Assembly: GCF_000181795.1 (NCBI RefSeq)
Contig: NW_003526943.1
Coordinates: 6,726,122-6,790,121 of the forward strand
DNA from: Trichinella spiralis
Lineage: Eukaryota
DNA length: 64,000 nt
Direction: 5' to 3'
Shown: piece by piece, positions 53,438 to 64,000 of the stretch
How the letters are laid out: every line of letters begins with the position of its first letter
Numbering within the stretch: position 1 is the first letter of the stretch
Made by a program: the position numbers and the translations under genes
The notes under the pieces: generated by a model
Databases searched by the model: none
Seen by the model: the letters and a program-made list of their open reading frames with translations, nothing else
What the model was told of the DNA's origin: nothing

Positions 53438-56400
53438 TGTTGTTGTTGTTCTTGTTGTGGTTTTGTTTTTCTTGAAATTGATTTTAATCAATTTCATTTT
53501 TCAACAAAATTCCACTGGTCGATGAGAAAATCATTTCTCTCACGTTCTTGCTAATTGATAATCAACAGCAGAAATTAATAATCCTATGCTTGCAATTATC
53601 AAAAGATTGAGTTGAAATTGTTGGAAACTTTTTTCTATAGGAAAATATTCAATTTGTTCCTCAAAGTTGATTTTTTTCTCTTCTTTCTCGAAATTTTACA
53701 TTAAAATAGTTTAAACTTTTGATGGGTACATGCATATTAATTATCTTTTTTTTCATAATTCAATATTATCAATTGCACAACAAACAATCGATTTCTCAAG
53801 TGAGACTAATTTTTGAGCACTTTCAGCCGCAGTAGGTGGAGGGGAATTATGTTGAAAACAAGTGCAATTCTGAAAAGTCAAAGGAAAGCGTCAACAGTGA
53901 TTGTTGTTCAGTTTTTATCAGAAAACAACTAATGTTAACATATGTATATATATTTATTTATTTATTTGTTCAATGTTTTCTTTTCATTACAACAACAAAA
54001 TTATTCAAATATGCATGCAAACAAAGTGGAAATTTACATAATTTATCTATTTTTTTAATATAGAATAATTGAACAATGAAAATATTTTAAACAATTTCAC
54101 CAGTTGTTAACTTTATACTTGATATTTTAAAAATTTGATTTGAAATCATCGTTATTATTATTCATTTATGACAATTTTCAATGCTTCATCTTTTACGCTT
54201 GTCGACCTGGTTTTCAGTTTTTCGAAACTCGTTTTCAAGCATCACTTGAAAATTTCGCCAAGCCGTTTCCAGCAATTTTGTGTTCAATTTAATTCAAAGT
54301 GGAATTGTGTATAATAATAATAATTTGTGAATAATTTTTACCCCAACTTTTCATTCTCGTCCATATATATATATATAATTATGTGGTTTCTGTTCACAAT
54401 TTTTGGAAAAAGTAATAATTTCCAATCCCATTCATAAAATTCCAATTCAATACAAATTTTGCAACTTTTGCTTTCGGTTAATATGATGATTTTTCTGTCT
54501 TTTCTATTTTGATCGACTTGTGCCAAGCGGACAGAAACTGCCGGCTAGTTGGTTTTGCTTGCCCCTTTGTCATTGATCAAAATTGATCATACATACAAAC
54601 ATGCATGCATACATACATGCATACATACATGCACACACGCGCCCGTCCTTTTCGGATGTGCACATTTGAATGACTTTTGCGACTGGGTCGAATTGTTGGT
54701 ATTGCTGCATGTTGCACATACGTAACTTGCAGCATGCTGTATCTAATAAATGGATTTCGCTTTTCCCCCTCTATTCCCTCTCTTTCAATATGCCGTAAAC
54801 GGCTAATTAGGTTCAGATTCGACTCTCCAGTTTGGCAACTTGGATGGATGTCAAATCTGATCACAGCTCATCGATCTATTTACTACTGTTTCTTATTCTC
54901 ATTATATTATACATGTGTGCATGTATATTTTCACTTCTTTTTTATTTTGTATTCTTTTTATATTTTAATTTATTCTATTTTTGAACTTTTATTTATTTAA
55001 ATTATCAGAGCGCGGTTGGACGATCATACACACGCACGACTGGCGCATCATCATTATAAATTTAAGCATGAAAATTTCCAATTTCATCTGATCTATTTTG
55101 CTTCACTGCTTTTCATCAATTAAAGCCCCAAACCTACGTTTTTGGCACTGTTAATTTTGCATTATTTATTAATTTTTTTAAACTACTAATTCACTTTCTT
55201 CTCATCTTTTCTATGCTTTTCTTAATTGAAATTATTTATTCCAAATTTTAAAATTTTACGCACTATACACAACTTTTAAATTTGTACAAATTTTAATGAT
55301 TATGAATTGATTAATTAATTAATCTATTTATTCAACATTATGAAATGAGAATATGTGGAACTTTACGTGTACAACTTTTTGTGTGTATTTGGTAATTTTG
55401 AAAATTTCAAAATGTCATATAACAGGGGAAAGAAATTGATTTTTTCTTATTTTTCAATAAAATGAGTGTATAGTAAAAATTGGTGAAACAGGTGCTTTAT
55501 TTTTGGTTTCATTAAAAATATTTTTTGTCAAGAGATGTTGCACGTATCCGTTCGTATTTTGCTTTTGTTCAATTGCATCTGAGCAAATGAAATATTTTAT
55601 ATAATAATTAATCAGTGACTCAATTTTAAAAGTATATATATATATATTTCTTTTGTAAAACTTTTTGATTAGTTCTTTGAACGTTGCTTTATCAATATAA
55701 TGAATATGTATAGTAAATGTAAATGAGTTGGTTTTTATAATTTGAATTATATTACAACTACCAACGACAACAACGAGATCTTTTATGCTTCTTCATTTTA
55801 TAATCTTGTGAATAGGAAAAAAATGATTGAGTGAGATTTTTTCTGATACTTAAAAAAACGATAAGCAAGCTGAAGCTTTAGTATCAAATTATACGGAACA
55901 ACGGTTGGGTGGAAGTTCGATTTGTGTAGTGCAGCAGCAGCTGCATTGGAAAGATAATAACGGCAACTTTTGCTAGTGGAAGAAGCAAGTTTTCGACTTG
56001 GTCAATTTTCTCTGAATGCAATCAGCAAATTTTGATTGTTTCAGCTATTTTCAGCACCTCTAATGGAGACGAACTTGGTTTTGCCAATTTCGATGATTAA
56101 GCAAGCAAGCAAGCAAACAAGCAAAATATTGAAATTTCACTGACAATAGAAAAGCTGAACCAATATTTTCACATTTTTTATCCCTTGGGAAGTTTGCCAT
56201 TTTTTCTCTGCTGCTATTATTATTTGCCTGCCATCTTGTTTTTGTCCACATTTGCAAATGCGAACAGCACATTCTGAATGATATCAATTTTTTATTGAAT
56301 TTTATCAAAAATAAATAAAAATACTAATAATCAAATACTTTTTTTCAAAAATCCAATTTTGCATCGATATTTCAAAAAATTATCAAACTTGCATAAATCA

Positions 56401-59230
56401 TGCACTGATGGATGAGTAAGTTTTACAGATAATAATTTCTTTTTCAAATAACATTATTTATTTTTCCAACTATACATTATCGTATTGTTGTTGATAATGA
56501 GGTTTCAGTAAAAAATAATACATCGATGCTGGATGCACTTGAATTAATTATATTTTAAAATAAGCACATTAGTTATTTATTTTCTTTCTTGTTTTTCAGT
56601 GCTGCTAGTAATGAAGTTCTGATTTTCGTCATATCCGTTTTATCAGAGCAAAGAAGTTCCAATGGTCTTGCTGAACTCCTTTGGACTGTTGAATATTTCT
56701 ATGATGATGATGGTGATGTTCGTGAATTGTCAGATATTGGAATATTATCGGAAAAAACTAGCGAAGAGGAACTAGCAAGACAGCGAAATCTGAATACCAG
56801 ATTCACAATTCAGAAAGACACTCTGATGGGACTTTTCACAGTTGGAAAAGTAATATAATATATTATAATTAATGCTTTCGGGAGTGGAGTTATTTGTTTT
56901 TAATTTTTGAAAATATTTTTCCAAACTGATTGATTTGCTTCTTCTCAGACTGCGTTGGTGAACACTGCCGTTTTGACAGGCAAGCAGATTGCCATACCGA
57001 TGAAAGTATTTGGCGTCAGTTATGCGGGCGTGATACGTGAAGTTACTTTGTCAGCAAATTGTATTTCAAAAGAAACTTCAGTTTTGAAGGTTTATAGAAT
57101 ATTTAAATTAAATTTTTTTCTTTTACCTTACTGTTAAATTTTAGGTCACACCAAGTTGCACAGCGGTATATGTAGATGGATCAGAAGTCCGAGGTTCAGC
57201 CAATGCCATAATACAGGTAGAATTTTCGGAAATCAAAAGCACAGTTCGATACACTGTTTGGTTTCCTGAACTTCCGGTGAACATTTATTTGAAAGATCCA
57301 GTATTGCATGCAATTAAAAATTGGCATGTTCCAGTGATGGTGGATTCAACTCTGTTGAACAGCAACAAGTGACAATTGAAAATTTTCATTATTATTATTA
57401 TTAAAATTAATTGAATAACAAATTTCCTTTTCAGACAATCAATTTCCAATTTCACTTCACATTTGATGAATAAACGATTGTTCGATAAACCGAACTGTCG
57501 AAAACGATACCAAGAAACAGAAGTGAAAATTTTTGCCCGTTTTCGTGTTGACGACATGCTCAGCGGTTGGCATTCCTATTTGGGCAGGCGTGGTCGGCAG
57601 TTGTTGTTCGATTTGACATTTTTGACAAAAAATTATTTAAAAGTCACCGACAGTGAAATAGCGTCCATACGTTTCACTGCCAACGGAGCCGTATACTTGC
57701 AAGGTTTGCAAAGTGGTCGGACGGAAATTCAAGTAAAAATTTTCACTTATGAATTTACATACATATATGCAATGCACAATGTTGTTTTCAGGTATTGTTA
57801 CCGTTTCTACGTTCGCCGTATGGAGTGAGTGAAGTTACTGTTGTCAATGAATTGGTCAACATCCGCAGTGTGCAACTTCAGTCTGTCTGTTTCCTCAACG
57901 TCACCGCCGCCAACACTGACGGATCAGACGACATCCATCGGCTTTACGTTTCCAGAATTAAAACATTTTCCAAACGCCTCCAAGTATGAATCATAACAAC
58001 AACAACATAATATCTTTTTTATCATTTGCCTGTATGTTTGTTTCTTTTAAGGAATGTTTCTTGGATATAACGTTGGAATATTCGGATAGTACGAAAAGCA
58101 GCGTACAAAATTTGCCCGAAGCGGACTACGAGGCGATTGTTCAATCGGATGAACGCAGTTTGTTGATTTTGGAATCCGATTTGGGTTTTCCAGCTCTGTT
58201 TCGTTATTTAAATTTGGACGAAGAGAAAGCCGGGCACATTCGAGCCAGTCTCTACGGAGCTGCCACTTGCGGAAGACCATTGCTCGGTACTGGCATGGTA
58301 TTGGTCAGTCCACAGTACAGTTCCACCAAGCCGCATTTCTTTGCCAACAGTGGACGTGTTCGCTTTTATGATTCTTATCAAAATCACGATTCGGACAGTA
58401 GTAGCACAAGGTACTTTTCCAAAAAGGACAAACATGCCAAAGTAGACGGACCGTCTTCGCCTGTGCAAACGCAGCGCAAGCTGATCACCACGGCCGACGC
58501 TGGAAGTGATTCAATGAAAACACCAGAAATTGTGATGTACTGTTTGATTGGGGTCTGTGGAATAGCCGGTGCGGTGCTGTCGCTCAACTATTTGGTCAGA
58601 TCACCGACGCCCAAGTTGGTGCTCAATTCCGCAATAGCCCAAGCTGCCTGCTTCCTGAGACGACCGCAGGTATTGCCAGCTGGCCAGGAATTTATATGGG
58701 TTCAGGCAGAGCACGCCGAACACCGGCGACATAGTAGTCATCTGCAAGAAGAATCCGTACCATCTTCTACAACAGCAAGTACTACGAATAACAGCAGCAA
58801 CAACACTAGCAGAAATAGCATCGGCAGTAGTATTCAACATTTAAAACGACACACCGATGAAGACGAAGAAGTGGAAGTTGAAGAAGATTATGATGATGAG
58901 CCGCACACGTTGAACGGTCGACACTACCACCACCAGCCACAAGTAGCCAATTCGTATCTCGGATCCGAGATCAGCGTGCACATATCCGATCGACCGGCAA
59001 TTGAAGTGCACGAAGATGGTCGTCGAGCTTCAAGCTGGAACATATCACGATCCCGTAGTCGTTCCCAGCACGGACTGGTTGACAGCTCCTCTGAGAGGAA
59101 CATTTCCCAGTATAGTTTCACCAAACCAAAAGCCGCGATCGGAGACTTACATTGGAACAGTCAGTCACTGGGTATGAGCGAGCTTCAACTTCGGGACTAT
59201 ATAAACAGTTTGCGAGAAACAGTCACGTGA
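51257..59230 (+). CDS. TMEM132: Transmembrane protein 132 family, multi-exon
   Basis: Signal exon MPLVLRRC...FEIA|gtaagc. Motifs GLCTVDVLVPLSWW, LVNTAVLTGKQIAIPMKV, CTAVYVDGSE and TVWFPELP..LHAIKNWHVP. TM segment EIVMYCLIGVCGIAGAVLSLN; C-terminal QLRDYINSLRE. One intron is ~4 kb (about 52530-56599). Confidence 0.9.
52991..53079. repeat. (AAT)n microsatellite, about 29 perfect units, in the TMEM132 intron
   Basis: Uninterrupted ATAATA... run read directly from the sequence. Confidence 0.95.
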
Positions 59231-59417
59231 AGCACAAAGTATAATTTTTCCTTACTTATATATTGTGTGAATATGCTAACATTCCTCTTTACATGTTCTT
59301 GATAACAGCTTCCTCAAAAACGTTGTACAATTTTGTTTGTTTATTGAATTTATAAATTACAAATAAAAATAAAATTGAAATCTAATATCTCATTTATTGA
59401 AAAACACAAAAGTAGCC

Positions 59418-60421
59418 CTAATCCAAACGTGCTTTGATTGATTTCACATCAATTTCATCATTTGAAATTGTGTAAACTACCGCACCCCAACCGCTAGCTG
59501 CGTCTCGCTCAATACAAGCCAATAACGCCTGCGCTGTTGCTTCGAATGCCGCATCCCGATCCTATGAACAACAATAAAACATTACCACGAGAAAAAAATG
59601 AAACAATCGAATAAATGTTGTTAATAAAGCATCAAATATTCCATAATCCGTGTATACATCAATCTACCACATGTGCTACGAATGCAAAGCTGTTGCTTTT
59701 CTTCACTTTACTTTTGAAAACATCATTGAGAAGCTTACCATGTTTTTCTCCCAAACACTCTCACACATGCCGTACATTTGCAAATCACCAGTGCCAGAAA
59801 GGACAAAATCATTCGGCTTGCAAATACAACCGATCAAATCCATGTTGGCAACGTACGGTTCAGATGTTTTCCAATCAATACCAGCTACCACTGGTTCACA
59901 AAAGTAAGGAGAAAATCTGCAAAATTCACCCACTGTAACGTAACCATTATCAAACCATCACTAATGTATTAACATATATACCCATCACTACCTGTTCTCA
60001 TAAAGCAGATTGCTCAGCATTTGAGAAAACACTTCCGGAGTAACATCGCGATTTTCTCGCAAATTATATATACTGGTACGGTATAACATTTTTTCAACTC
60101 TAAAAAATAAATAACTTTTTTGCTCAATAAAATAATTAAAAAAAATAATTTCATTCTTCAATTAAGCATTGATCATACTCATTTGTGTAAATCATATAAC
60201 GATGAAAAATGAAAACAATAACAATAAACTTGCATAGTCTGTGCATCAGTTGCTAAACCGGGAATTCCAACAAACAATCGACGAGTTATTTGGAAAATCT
60301 TCTCCTTATCATTCATGATTGTCAAGAATCGACTGCCCAGTCGTAAATCGCATCCAATAGTGACACAATCACCACCGCGCATTGCGAGCACAATGCCACC
60401 ATTGTGGTCCATGATACTCAT
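59418..60421 (-). CDS. PSMB3: Proteasome subunit beta type-3, 4 exons
   Basis: [69 protein letters not shown] and KARLD*. Confidence 0.96.
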
Positions 60422-61220
60422 CTGAAGATTTGACAAATGCAAAATTCAAATTTCCAATATTATTTCACAAACACTTAATTTATAAAAATATACTTGCTAC
60501 ATAAAATATCTACATCAAACTTAAGGTAAACTCAACATCAACTATGAAAATAATCAAACATATTATAATACAAAATAAGAAAATTATTTGATAAATATGA
60601 AATTTAATAATAAATTAAATTTAAATTATTGACGTAAAACATACTTTGGCAAAGTTTTTCTTACAACGGTGAAAGAAAAATGTAAAAGAAATAAACTTCT
60701 TATTAACTCACTCTGTAACAAGTTTAAATATTTGCAGGTATAATTGCAACAGTAATAATATAAAACTTTAAATTATAATCTCAAACGGTAGGAAACCTTC
60801 ATAATTTAAACTGTTTCTCTCAATCTCTTTTGTTTCTTTTTCGAAAGCAATAAAGTATGGCAGTATTGAAAGTTCGGTAAATTTCAAATGCATTTTTTCA
60901 GATAAAAACATTTTAACGTAATAACGTATAATAATGTACAATAGGTATACTTTGAATTTTGAGCTGTTTTCATAATATTAATTACAAATATTTATAAAAA
61001 ATGCTTTTCCAAAAAATTATGCCTACTTTTCTTTTATCATAAACGAGCTGTAAGCATTTCCGTTCAGATGAATGTGCTTGGTTGGTTTATAAAATTTACA
61101 CCTTGATGGGCAAATTGCCGGAGTTATGGATCTTTAAGTTTTCTTGGTCTTCTGATGTCAGAAACTGACCTGTTGCTATACAAAGGTGTGAAAAAATATT
61201 CAACTCCATCCAGTCGAATT

Positions 61221-64000
<2,780 letters not shown>

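Overview
This is eukaryotic, AT-rich, intron-dense genomic DNA with many 50-70 nt introns. Gene content and style suggest a nematode, probably clade I and Trichinella-like; the taxon is an inference. No prokaryotic features (CRISPR, IS elements, rRNA) were seen. Gene models were built by hand from splice sites and protein motifs. The minus strand carries five closely spaced co-oriented genes: CLEC16A/gop-1, GPN1/gop-2, extended synaptotagmin, TFB1M and JIP3/unc-16 (running off the left edge). A divergent plus-strand pair follows (NRDE2, TVP23), then a small single-pass membrane protein gene. An ~11 kb gene-poor stretch holds a decayed Ty3/gypsy RT fragment, a candidate solo LTR and a tRNA-Asn. 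The rest contains a secreted Cys-rich EB-module gene, an intronless UBE2F, a PP2C-like (CG9801-type) gene, TMEM132, PSMB3 and a CLC-3/4/5-type antiporter running off the right edge. The most notable observations are: a candidate trans-spliced operon keeping the gop-1/gop-2 pair; 36-nt and 18-nt microexons in JIP3 at a site matching vertebrate JIP3 microexons; an E-Syt lacking C2C; an inverted repeat in the NRDE2 intron; retroelement debris upstream of the tRNA; and two GC-AG introns. I did not find a clearly new biological system; the findings are testable hypotheses.
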